Positions 15,001 to 27,742 of a DNA stretch of 64,000 nucleotides are shown here, piece by piece (the stretch's first letter is position 1; every line of letters begins with the position of its first letter). This DNA is from Eledone cirrhosa (Eukaryota). Made by a program: the position numbers and the translations under genes. The DNA lies in the NCBI GenBank assembly GCA_964016885.1, contig OZ024744.1:105896001-105960000 (forward strand). The letters run 5' to 3'. The notes beneath the pieces were generated by a model. The model saw only the letters and a list, made by a program, of their open reading frames with translations. It ran no database searches and was not told where the DNA came from.

Positions 15001-17140
15001 TTGTGTATTTGAGGGACAGTAGCCTTACACAGTGGTACCATCTCTTTCTAATGGTATGTTGTATATTTGAGGGACAGTAGCCTCCCACAGTGGTACCATC
15101 TCTTTCTAATGGTATGTTGTGTATTTGAGGGACAGTAGCCTCACACAGTGGTATCATCTCTTTCTAATGGTATGTTGTATATTTGAGGGACAGTAGCCTC
15201 ACACAGTGGTACCATCTCTTTCTAATGGTATGTTGTGTATTTGAGGGACAGTAGCCTCACACAGTGGTACCATCTCTTTCTAATGGTATGTTGTGTATTT
15301 GAGGGACAGTAGCCTCACACAGTGGTACCATCTCTTTCTAATGGTATGTTGTGTATTTGAGGGACAGTAGCCTCACACAGTGGTACCATCTCTTTCTAAT
15401 GGTATGTTGTATATTTGAGGGACAGTAGCCTCACACAGTGGTACCATCTCTTTCTAATGGTATGTTGTGTATTTGAGGGACAGTAGCCTCACACAGTGGT
15501 ACCATCTCTTTCTAATGGTATGTTGTGTATTTGAGGGACAGTAGCCTCACACAGTGGTATCATCTCTTTCTAATGGTATGTTGTATATTTGAGGGACAGT
15601 AGCCTCACACAGTGGTACCATCTCTTTCTAATGGTATGTTGTGTATTTGAGGGACAGTAGCCTCACACAGTGGTACCATCTCTTTCTAATGGTATGTTGT
15701 GTATTTGAGGGACAGTAGCCTCACACAGTGGTACCATCTCTTTCTAATGGTATGTTGTGTATTTGAGGGACAGTAGCCTCACACAGTGGTACCATCTCTT
15801 TCTAATGGTATGTTGTATATTTGAGGGACAGTAGCCTCCCACAGTGGTACCATCTCTTTCTAATGGTATGTTGTGTATTTGAGGGACAGTAGCCTCCCTC
15901 TCACAGTGGTACCATCTCTTTCTAATGGTATGTTGTGTATTTGAGGGACAGTAGCCTCACACAGTGGTACCATCTCTTTCTAATGGTATGTTGTGTATTT
16001 GAGGGACAGTAGCCTCACACAGTGGTACCATCTCTTTCTAATGGTATGTTGTGTATTTGAGGGACAGTAGCCTCACACAGTGGTACCATCTCTTTCTAAT
16101 GGTATGTTGTATATTTGAGGGACAGTAGCCTCCCACAGTGGTACCATCTCTTTCTAATGGTATGTTGTGTATTTGAGGGACAGTAGCCTCACACAGTGGT
16201 ACCATCTCTTTCTAATGGTATGTTGTGTATTTGAGGGACAGTAGCCTCACACAGTGGTACCATCTCTTTCTAATGGTATGTTGTGTATTTGAGGGACAGT
16301 AGCCTCACACAGTGGTACCATCTCTTTCTAATGGTATGTTGTGTATTTGAGGGACAGTAGCCTCACACAGTGGTACCATCTCTTTCTAATGGCATGTTGT
16401 ATATTTGAGGGACAGTAGCCTCACACAGTGGTACCATCTCTTTCTAATGGTATGTTGTGTATTTGAGGGACAGTAGCCTCCCCCACAGTGGTACCATCTC
16501 TTTTTAATGGTATGTTGTATATTTGAGAGACAGTAGCCTCACACAGTGATACCATCTCTTTCTAATGGTATGTTGTGTATTTGAGGGACAGTAGCCTCCC
16601 TCACAGTGGTACCATCTCTTTCTAATGGTATGTTGTATATTTGAGGGACAGTAGCCTCACACAGTGGTACCATCTCTTTCTAATGGTATGTTGTGTATTT
16701 GAGAGACAGTAGCCTCACACAGTGGTACGATCTCTTTCTAATGGTATGTTGTATATTTGAGGGACAGTAGCCTCACACAGTGGTACCATCTCTTTCTAAT
16801 GGTATGTTGTGTATTTGAGAGACAGTAGTCTCACACAGTGGTATCATCTCTTTCTAATGGTATGTTGTGTATTTGAGGGACAGTAGCCTCATACAGTGGT
16901 ACCATTTCTTTCTAATGGTATGTTGTGTATTTGAGGGACAGTAGCCTCCCACAGTGGTACCATTTCTTTCTAATGGTATGTTGTATATTTGAGGGACAGT
17001 AGCCTTACACAGTGGTACCATCTCTTTCTAATGGTATGTTGTGTATTTGAGGGACAGTAGCCTCACACAGTGGTACCATCTCTTTCTAATGGTATGTTGT
17101 GTATTTGAGGGACAGTAGCCTTACACAGTGATACCATCTC
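1..17140. repeat. 58-bp tandem satellite (about 290 copies, runs off the window start), apparently intronic in TRAPPC11
   Basis: Unit TTTGAGGGACAGTAGCCTCACACAGTGGTACCATCTCTTTCTAATGGTATGTTGTGTA (58 bp; 60/62-bp variants from extra CC/CA/CT after TAGCCT). Ends abruptly near 17140, about 100 bp from the donor of exon 17246-17371. Confidence 0.99.
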
Positions 17141-17245
17141 AGGAAATTTAATTAAATGTGATGTGAATTATGTTCATATTGAAAGTTTGGGGTTTAGAAA
17201 CAGAGACAAAAAAATACATTTTAAAAAATATTTTATAATTCTTAC

Positions 17246-17371
17246 CTTTAATGAAGATATCTTGGTTGAAACATCAAATGGCATAATTGTATTTAAATTG
17301 AAAGTATCTTCTTTGTAACAAGTGCAATCAAACTTTTGTTGCCCAAATTCTATATTGACGGTGTATGAAAC
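17246..17371 (-). CDS. TRAPPC11: TRAPPC11 exon (last exon seen in the window): VSYTVNIEFGQQKFDCTCYKEDTFNLNTIMPFDVSTKISSLK
   Basis: tttag|GTT...AAG|gtaag, 126 nt, phase 0/0; aligns to human [42 protein letters not shown] (recalled from memory). Confidence 0.93.
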
Positions 17372-18356
17372 CTAAAATTGAAATAAAATATTCAAGGTTA
17401 TTAAAAAATATCTAAATAAAAGTTAAAAAAATGAACGAGAATGAAAACAAAATCTAACATTTATTTATTATTTTGTTTTCTAAATGTGAAGGTGGTGAAT
17501 TAGCGGAGTTGTTAGGGTGCTGCAGGAAATTCCATGACAGTATTTGTTTTAGCCCTCTGCACTTTGAGTTCAAATCTCACCAAGGTTGATGTGGCCTTTT
17601 ATCCTTTCAAGGTTGATAAATAAAGTACCAGTCCAGTACTGGAGTTGATTCTTCCTTTAAATCTATTTATCTATCTCTTTGGGTTCAGAAGTGAAGAGGG
17701 GATGGGCTCTGCCAGGTGTAAAATACACAAGACATACCATCTGTCAGTACACCACCCCTACATACCGTCACGAATTAAGGGTCCTTATTCTACTTAGTTA
17801 AATGAGCCTCAACAAATAGCAATCAAATCACTCTAGACAGGTGGGATGGTCATGACTGGAATGACTTTGGTGTTTACTTGAGGTTAAATAACAACAATTT
17901 TGCTTCTTTATTTTACCAAAGACCCCTTTTACTAGTATCTGGGCTCCTTAAAACATACTTAAGTCAATTAAGATAATAAAATCTTAATTAATTCATTAGG
18001 AAATTGGTAAAACTACCACCACAAACCTTCTACCATTCAAATACTGATGTGCACCACTCTCATCATCATTGCCACCACCACCTTAATGCTGAAATGAGGT
18101 TGTACTGGTGCTGTGACAAAAGCACCCAGTCCACACTGTAAAGTGGTAGTGCTGAAGTCCCGATTAAATGCTCCCACTACACTTTGTAAAGTGGTTGGTG
18201 TTAGGAAGGGCATCTAACTGTAGACACCAAGCCAAAAGAAAGTGTATGAACAAGACCTAGTCACCTGAGCAGTGTGACCTCAGCACCCGGACAACCTGTC
18301 TCACCCATGCAAGCATAGAAATAGATGTTAAATGGTGATGATGATATTTTACTTAC

Positions 18357-18416
18357 TTTGAAATAAATTGTCTTTAAACCAACTTCCATGCATTTCATGT
18401 AAATGTTTTGAGTAAT
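18357..18416 (-). CDS. TRAPPC11: TRAPPC11 exon: ITQNIYMKCMEVGLKTIYFK
   Basis: tttcag|ATT...AAA|gtaagt, 60 nt, phase 0/0; collinear with human [20 protein letters not shown]. Confidence 0.9.
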
Positions 18417-18539
18417 CTGAAATATGAAGTTGTAGAATGGTATAAAGACTTAGAGGATGAAAAACAGAGAAAACAACAACAAATAGCTGTCCCCTCCCCC
18501 TACCCCCAAATAACAAACAAACAAACAAACAAAACATAC

Positions 18540-18628
18540 TTCCTCTTCTACATCCAGTTTTCCAAGTTCAATTCCTGCTATTTTGGACACAATTTCTCTT
18601 TCATATTTAGGTTCAATGCAAAGATGTG
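18540..18628 (-). CDS. TRAPPC11: TRAPPC11 exon: (T)HLCIEPKYEREIVSKIAGIELGKLDVEEE
   Basis: tttcag|CA...GAA|gtatg, 89 nt, phase 1/0, open frame; collinear with human THVTLHG...LLTDIPVGDLHPGEQ. Confidence 0.88.
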
Positions 18629-19709
18629 CTGAAATAATAAGTTAGACAAGTTTATTTTACAGAAAGTAGCATTAGTTAGACTGAATGTTAAAGTATTATT
18701 GTCACTGCGATTATCATCGTCATCACCAACATCATCGTTGTCATCGTTATCTAATGCCTGCTTTCCTTGATAGCAAGTGTTGGATGAGTTGTCACAGACC
18801 AAGTCAGTACTGAATCACAGCCACTAATCACACTACACAGTACACCATGTATTTTATCACTACAGCAATACTAGGGAGGATGTCATATCTTTGACAGCTG
18901 AAGTGTCTTTCTTACCCTTTGATTGGCAGGTTTTCTAAAGCCGGATGTCCTTTCTATTACCAACCACTTTACAGAGTGTACAGGGTGCGTTTTATCATGT
19001 CACCAACACTAGGAAAATTGTTGTGCCTTTGATACAACTAAAAAGTCCTCTCAACTCTTTTTTTTAGCAAGATTTCAAATGCTGGGTTCCCTTCCTATCA
19101 CCAACCACATAACAGGGTGTACTGGGTACATTTTGTCTTGGCACCAGCACTAGAGAGGTTGTCATATCCTTGACACAACTTAAGAGACCTTTCAACTATT
19201 TAGGGGGCATATTTTCAAGAGTTAGATGGTCTTCCTATCACCAACCATTTTTTAGAGTGAATTTTATGGCATCAGCGCTTGGTTGGTTGTCAGTCATTAA
19301 ACCCCAAATGACCATAATAATAATATTTGATAAATACGAGTTGAAAAAATGGAGTAAAGTACCGTTGGAGAGAGAAAACAGAGGCCAGGGGTATCTGTGA
19401 GATATAGAGTTTGATTCCACAGTGGTGCCTCTGTCCACTGCTTTTTGTCTCCAGGGGTACTTTACCCCATTTTTTCCAACTATTATATATTCATAAACAA
19501 GACCGTTATTGCTCCAACCAGTCTATTCACCATTGATAACCATCCTCTCTTATTCCCAGTTCCTTTCTCAGTTCATTAGAACATGGATGTCTTATTTCTT
19601 TCCAATCTTCAAAGGTGCTCTGAACAAACAGCCTGTACATCTGCCACATATACAAGTCTCACCCTTACAAGCAGGGAAAAGCAAGCATAAAATGATGATG
19701 ATGATGATG

Positions 19710-19761
<52 letters not shown>

Positions 19762-19799
19762 CACAAACACAAGCAATAATTGAATGCCCTATATGTAAA

Positions 19800-19990
19800 T
19801 AATTGTTTCTACTTTTGGCACAAGGCCAGCAATTATCCCAGTGCATTACTGGTACTTTATTTTATCGACCCTGTAAGGATGAAAGGCAAAGTTAACCTCG
19901 GCGGGATTTGAACTCAGTCCGTAAAGGGACGTAACTGTGCTGCAAAGCATGGCGCCCGACCCTCTACCGATACTGCCAATCCACCGCCCT
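19800..19990 (-). mobile_element. tRNA-derived SINE family A (Nin/Deu-domain-like core)
   Basis: Consensus GGCGGTGGATTGGCAGTATCGGTAGAG..GAGTTCAAATCCCGCC (A/B boxes)..GCCTTTCATCCTTACGGGGTCGATAAAATAAAGTACCAG..AGTAGAAACAATT. Other copies (approx.): 17490-17645+, 21467-21645+, 25258-25445-, 32897-33090+, 35237-35346-, 35675-35856+, 36710-36825-, 43172-43272+, 50838-51022+, 51073-51165+, 56370-56555-, 56570-56752-. Confidence 0.9.
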
Positions 19991-20289
19991 ATATGTAAAT
20001 AATGCACTCGGAAAACAAAGCCAACAATAAACAAGACATCTAGTGGATAAAACCATTGAATTCCAAACTTGTGAAAAATAAATTAGGGCTAAGACATCCT
20101 CCATAATCCCTACCTCAGACATCATCCATATTTCCCAGCCCCTAGCCCACTTTAAATATTAGCATGGGAGAGACACTCTTTGAAGCTGCAGCCATCATAT
20201 TACACAGTTTCTGTATAAAAACAGACATTAAACAATCTATTATTACAATTGTGGTTATTTGGGTTGGGTACATTTTACTCGGCTTTTCC

Positions 20290-20650
20290 AGCACAATATC
20301 CCTCCACTCATCACATGCAACCTCTGCCTAGGTTTGTCTTGGCTTTCCTCTACTGCAGATTCCTTCCAGTGAGATTTCTGGGCATTTATTCACCCAACAA
20401 TCATCCTCCATACGCATCACATGTCCATACCAGTGCAGTCTTCTTTCCTACACACTACACATCATTCCTCTTATATGAAACTTTTCTCTCAGCCCCTCAA
20501 TGCTTTGTCTTTCATTAATATTAACATTGCACACCCATCAAAAGCATGCTTGCTTCATTTCTTTTCAGTCTTCACACGTCCTCTGCATTTACAACTCATG
20601 TTTCACTACCATGCAACATCGTACACAGGCGTCATACAGCCAGCCTTTCA
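20290..20650 (-). mobile_element. Degenerate RTE LINE 3' fragment
   Basis: Reverse strand encodes RLYDACVRCCMVVK.., LHWYGHVMRMEDD and RGKPRQT, homologous to 22494-22970. Confidence 0.8.
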
Positions 20651-21055
20651 TTCATAGGGAGGAACCTTTTGTTGTCAACGGAGGCTGTAATTCTTTGGAC
20701 TTGTTCCAGTCTGTTCTTATTTGAACTACTATACTCGTTGAGAGACCATCTACCCACTACCATCATCATTGTTTTAATGTCTGATTTCTATGGTAGCAAG
20801 AAATGGACTCCACTGCTAATTATAATACCTATGTAGCAGAAACTATCAACTGCTGATACTCCAACTACATATATATATATATATCATCATCATCATCACT
20901 GTTTTACATCGATTTTCCCCACTAGCATGGGTTAGACGAGTTGTCCTATTGTGGGTAATGCTAGTTCAGGTGACCATGTCTTGTTCATACAGAACTGATT
21001 TTGGATTGATTTCTACAGCTGGATGCGCTTCCTAATGCCAACCTCATTTACAGTG

Positions 21056-21099
<44 letters not shown>

Positions 21100-21261
21100 T
21101 CATCATCGTTTCACGACTATCTTCCACACTAGCATGGGTTAGGGTATATTTATTCAATTGAAGAAAGTTGGTTGATTGAAAATCTGCCGATTTTTCTTAA
21201 CAGATGTAAAGCACTCCGCAGTTTTTGTTCATCCGGAGTTTTATTATAATAATAAACAAGA

Positions 21262-21466
21262 AAGACCGTTTCATTTGTACATCCCTATTTATTTTGTTAT
21301 ACATATTTCAAAGATGTAAGGCAGCTGTATAACAACCCCCCTACGTGTTCTCATCAGAGAAAAATCTCTGATGAGAACATGCAAGGCAGTTGTTATACAG
21401 CTGCCTTACATCTTTGAAATACGTATAACAAAAAAATGAATAGGGATGTACAAATGAAACCATCTT
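21262..21466. repeat. Imperfect palindrome with inverted hammerhead-like cores
   Basis: Centre TTCTCATCAGAGA-AAAA-TCTCTGATGAGAA; right arm CTGATGA-long hairpin-GAAATACGTATA. Confidence 0.88.
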
Positions 21467-21650
21467 GGCAGTATCAGTAGAGGGTCGGACACCATGCTTT
21501 CAAGCATAGTTACATCCCTATGGTCTGAGTTCAAATCCCGCCTAGGTTAACTTTACTTTTCATGCTTACGGGGTCGATAAAATGAAGTACCAGTAATGTA
21601 CTGGGATAATTGCTGACCTTGTGCCAAAAAATAGAAACAATTATTATTAT

Positions 21651-21682
<32 letters not shown>

Positions 21683-22493
21683 TCATCATCATTTAACATC
21701 TGCTTTCCCTGCTAGCAAAGGTTAAATGGGTCTTCACTGAACGAGTCAGTATTGAAGCAGAGCTACTTACTTCCCAGTCAGGCCGGAGGTTCGGATCTTG
21801 CTTACTTACAGTGCCACATTCTACCACGTACATTTTATTGTGGCACCAACACTAGAGAGGTTGTCATGTCTTTGACACAAGTAAAGGATTCTCTCAACCG
21901 CCTGTTTGGCAAGCTTTCTATAGTTGGATGGCCTTCCTAACACCAACCACTTTATAAAGTGTACTGGCTGTGTTTATCATGTAGGTCACTAAATGCTAGG
22001 GAGGTTATCATGTCTTTGACACAACTGGAAAGTCCTCCTAATCCTTTGTTTGGCATGTTTTCTACAGCTGGATGTCCTTCTAATTAAGGAGAGAATACTG
22101 GAGAGGTGATGGAGGAGGTGCAGGTGTGCAATGACAGTGAGCATAGTTAATAGGGAGTGCTAGTAGAAAGTGGTATAGATATAAGCTCCCAAACTATAGT
22201 TCTGATATGAGCAGGGCACTGGCCTGTCCCTCCTCATAACAGTGTCATCCAGTTTCACACTGTAAACATGGTTGGTGTTAGGAAGGGCATCCAGCTGCAA
22301 TAATCCCAGCCAAATTACAGTTCCATCTGAGCAAGGTATGGCATGGCCAGCTGGCCAGACTTGTCAAACCCAGGCAAGCATGAAAAAATAGATGTTAAAT
22401 GGTGATGATGATGGTATATATATATATACACCATCATATATATACCATATATATATATATATACCATCATATATATACCATATATATATATAT

Positions 22494-22971
22494 GTGTACG
22501 AAAGGCCGGTTGTATGATGCCTGTGTGAGGAGCGTGATGCTGCATGGTAGTGAGACATGGGCAGCAACTGCATGGGATATGCGACGACTGGAGAGAAATG
22601 AGGCAAGCATGCTCCGTTGGATGTGCAGTGTAAATGTGCGTGGCATGAACGACCCAGCATGAATGTGTTGAGAGAGAAACTGTGTCTGAGAAGGATAGAA
22701 TGTAGTGTACGGGAGAGGAGACTGAGGTGGTATGGACATGTGATGCGCATGGAGGATGACCGATGGGTGAAGAAGTGCCAGGAATTGCCAGTTGAAGGAA
22801 GACGTGGTAGAGGTAGACCACAAAAAAAAAAAACATGGGCGGAGGTGGTGAGAACAGACCTCAGATCGCTGAAACTCACGGTGGAGATGACGAAGGACCG
22901 TGACGAGTGGAGAGATGCTGTGCTGAATAAGACCCGTCCCACCCTTGCAAGCAGGGAAAAGCGGACGTAAA

Positions 22972-23003
<32 letters not shown>
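22494..23003 (+). mobile_element. RTE-clade LINE 3' end with (GAT)n tail
   Basis: KGRLYDACVRSVMLHGSETW..ERNEASMLRWM..RRLRWYGHVMRM..GRRGRGRP.KTW..DRDEWR; one frameshift; stop followed by (GAT)n. Confidence 0.93.
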
Positions 23004-23038
23004 ATATATATTAGAACAATGAAAACAATGAAACCTAC

Positions 23039-23088
23039 TGGTTCGTTCTGAAGCTGTCTCGGAGACATCTTGAATTCCCACAGTTAAA
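23039..23088 (-). CDS. TRAPPC11: TRAPPC11 exon: (C)LTVGIQDVSETASERT
   Basis: tttcag|T...A|gtagg, 50 nt, phase 2/1 fits both neighbours; collinear with human LTAGLKPGQDANLTQK. Confidence 0.85.
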
Positions 23089-23222
23089 CTGAAACAAAGT
23101 GAGAAAGTAAAATATAAGTATATTGACATATACACTCTGTTATTATTGGTTAACAGTTCACAATTTATTGGGCTTCAACTAATATATATATATATATATA
23201 TATGTATGTATATGTATATATA

Positions 23223-23460
23223 TAAAATATGTAGTTTAGAAAGCCACAACAATGCAGATGGGAAATCTCGAGGTAAGAAGTGAGTGAGAAATAGGAGAAA
23301 AGTGAAAATGAAAATGAAAACAAAACAAAGGTAGTAGGGTTACCGTAGAGGAGATTTAGTCCCAATATTTCAGGCTCACGCCCATCTCCTATTTCTCACT
23401 CACTTCTTACCTCGAGATTTCCCATCTGCATTGTTGTGGCTTTCTAAACTACATATTTTA
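23223..23460. repeat. Inverted repeat, about 75-bp arms with a roughly 90-bp spacer
   Basis: AAAATATGTAGTTTAGAAAGCCACAACAATGCAGATGGGAAATCTCGAGGTAAGAAGTGAGTGAGAAATAGGAGA and its reverse complement ending near 23460. Confidence 0.9.
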
Positions 23461-23499
23461 CACATTTCACAATGCTTCAAGCAAACTTTAACACCCTCT

Positions 23500-24184
<685 letters not shown>

Positions 24185-24316
24185 AGATAAATCTACCAAG
24201 AGTTTACGGTAGTGTCCAATCCGTATGAAGAACTCAATGTATTCCGGATATCATGGAAAGAAGAGATGTAATGAAAAATCACTTTCGGTGAAAGATAAAC
24301 GGTATACAGAGTCAAG

Positions 24317-24896
<580 letters not shown>

Positions 24897-24901
24897 TATA
24901 T

Positions 24902-24969
<68 letters not shown>

Positions 24970-24976
<7 letters not shown>

Positions 24977-25090
24977 CTTCTACAAGACTAGAACTGTTTC
25001 ATTCATGAGAAATCATCAGGAAGCTCATCAGGCGCTTCCTGAGATGATTTCTCACGAATGAAACAGTTCTAGTCCTGTAGAAGCTTTTCT
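24970..25090. repeat. Short palindrome made of two inverted hammerhead-bearing units
   Basis: AAGCTTCTACAAGACTAGAACTGTTTCATTC...GAATGAAACAGTTCTAGTCCTGTAGAAGCTT; the plus-strand copy (25034-25084) has core CTGAGATGA (2-nt insertion). Confidence 0.9.
24975..25025 (-). ncRNA. Type I hammerhead ribozyme motif (Penelope/retrozyme-like)
   Basis: Minus strand AGCUUC-CUGAUGA-U.UUC(UCAU)GAA.U-GAA-ACAG(UUCUAGUC)UUGU-A-GAAGCU: stem I AGCUUC/GAAGCU, intact core, 3-bp stem II with U.U closure, stem III ACAG/UUGU, cleavage triplet GUA. Confidence 0.7.
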
Positions 25091-25190
25091 ATATTAAATT
25101 TTCATACTCTGCTTTGTATTGAGTACCTTACTTACTGTGGTTACCTCCAATTGAACCCAGGATAAACTTATATATATATGTATATATGTA

Positions 25191-25255
<65 letters not shown>

Positions 25256-25516
25256 ATAATTGTTTCTACTTTAGGCACAAGGCCAGCAATTACCCAGTGC
25301 ATTACTGGTACTTTATTTTATCGACCCCGGAAGGATGAAAGGCAAAGTGAACCTCGGCGGGATTTGAACTCAGATCATAAAGGGACGTATCTACGCTGGA
25401 AAGCATGGCGTCCGACCCTCTACCGATACTGCCCATCCACCGCCCTCTACTATATATATAGTAATAATAATAAATTTGTAGCGATTCTTTGCTTAAACTT
25501 TAATCTGTAATTTTAA

Positions 25517-25561
<45 letters not shown>

Positions 25562-26758
25562 ATGTGTGTGTATGTGTGTGTATGTGTGTGTGTGTATGTG
25601 TGTGTATATATATAGTTAGAAATAACAAAAAACAAACAGAAAACAAAAAAGGAGTGAGTTAAGCTTGTGGAGCTTGGTGGAGGTGAGGAAGGAGAAGAGA
25701 TCACGGTTGAGGTTATGGATGAAGAGGATGATGGAGTGGGTGAGGAGGGGGGTGACGGGTGGAGCGGAGGCGAAGGAGGGTTATATATAAGATGGTGGTG
25801 GTATGGCAGAGATCATTAGCGTCTCCAGTTATATATCTTTGCACTGTAAGTTCTAATCCTGCCAAGGTCAATTTCGTCGTTCATGGGTCAATAGATATTG
25901 GCTAAATTGTTAGAGTATCAGACGTAATGGTTTGTGATAGATGTTCTGATTCTCCACATTCATCATCATCATCATCATCATTTTACGTCCGCTTTTTCCC
26001 TGCTTGCAAGGGTGGGACGGGAACCGATGCTGGCTCAATTTCTACAGCTGGATGCCCTTCCTAACACCAACCTCATTTACAGTGTGGGCTGGGTGCTTTT
26101 TTGCCGTGGCACCTCCACGACCACTTTGCAGTGGAATGATAGGGACCGCAGTCCCTATCATCTCATTTCTACAGCTGAGTAAACTGGAGCAATGTGAAAT
26201 AAAATGTCTTGCTCAAGGAAACAACACATCACTCGGTCTGAGAATTGAACTCACAACCTTTCGATTGCAAGGCCAATGCTCTAACCACTAAGCCATGTGC
26301 CTCTCAGTTCAAATTCCATTGTCTGTCACAGGAAAAATAGTGATAAGATCTGACTGAGGGTGGGGGTAGCTTTAAGACCCCTAAATGACTTCTTGCGTGA
26401 TGTAACCTCATAGATTGCATGTGAGAGAGAGAGAGAGGGGGGGATGGAGGGAGGGAGAGAGAGAGAGAGACTTTAAAAAACATTAAAACAGTGCTATGTG
26501 AATAATCAAGAAGATATGAGAAAAACCGGCAGAGCAAGTTGAACATCACGAGTTGGAGGAACTTCTAGAAGAATGATCCAACTATCATCAATAACAGCAG
26601 TTAAATCATCATCAAATCTCACCCTACCCCCCAGAGACACAGTGGACAATGTGGCTGTAGAATCACATCTGAAATAAAAGATGGGGGGGGGGGGGGTCAT
26701 GGCTGGAAAATTTGAACCATAGATCAGAGAACAACAACAATATAATTGAATCACTCAC

Positions 26759-26884
26759 CATATATCAGATATGGAAGCATTTTCCTTGTTGGTGATATTG
26801 ATTTTCACTAAATAGAATTCATTGAGTAAACTTGGTGAATCATGGATGACTTTGATATCCAGTCTAGCGTGACGGGGAATAATC
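26759..26884 (-). CDS. TRAPPC11: TRAPPC11 exon: (K)IIPRHARLDIKVIHDSPSLLNEFYLVKINITNKENASISDI
   Basis: tttag|G...TG|gtgag, 126 nt, phase 2/2; matches human [41 protein letters not shown]. Confidence 0.95.
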
Positions 26885-26918
26885 CTAAAAAATGAAGACA
26901 AATATTTAGAAATAGCTG

Positions 26919-27527
26919 ATAACAGTTGGTAACAGACCATGGTATGGTATAACAGTTGGTAACAGACCATGGTATGGTATAACAGTTGGTAACAGACCCT
27001 GGCATGGTATAACAGTTGGTAACAGACCCTGGCATGGTATAACAGTTGGTAACAGACCCTGGCATGGTATAACAGTTGGTAACAGATCCCTGGTGTGGTA
27101 TAACAGTTGGTAACAGACCATGGTATGGTATAACAGTTGGTAACAGACCATGGTATGGTATAACAGTTGGTAACAGACCATGGTATGGTATAACAGTTGG
27201 TAGCATACCATGGTATAACAGTTGGTAACAGACCATGGTATAGTATAACAGTTGGTAACAGACCATGGTATGGTATAACAGTTGGTAACAGACCCTGGTA
27301 TGGTATAACAGTTGGTAACAGACCATGGTATGGTATAACAGTTGGTAACAGACCATGGTATGGTATAACAGTTGGTAACAGACCATGGTATGGTATAACA
27401 GTTGATACCAGACCATGGTATGGTATAACAGTTGATACCAGACCAAGGCATGGTATAACAGTTGATACCAGACCATGCCATGGTATAACAGTTGATACCA
27501 GATCATTACATGGTATAACAGTTGATA
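26919..27527. repeat. 30-bp minisatellite, about 20 copies
   Basis: Unit TAACAGTTGGTAACAGACCATGGTATGGTA; begins about 35 nt from the 26884 acceptor. Confidence 0.97.
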
Positions 27528-27742
27528 TTATTTGATATTAAAGTAACATAAAAATATCAAGCATACATCATACTTATTGTTTTTCACACAGAATGGCTCA
27601 AAGTATTCTTTATTAAACATTACAACTGGTATAATGATAAATTAGATAAATTCATTAGGTGGAATAATTAATGAATACACACACACATACAAGCTTGTTA
27701 TCAGGTAAAACATGTTAAATGATGATAATGATATATATATAT

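Noticed and set aside
1-17140. CRISPR-like or antigen-cassette array
   Set aside because: No unique spacers, eukaryotic context and no cas genes; variation is simple slippage and substitution.
20113-20210. Minus-strand exon-like segment with AG/GT borders
   Set aside because: Stops in all three frames; the TRAPPC11 chain is complete without it.
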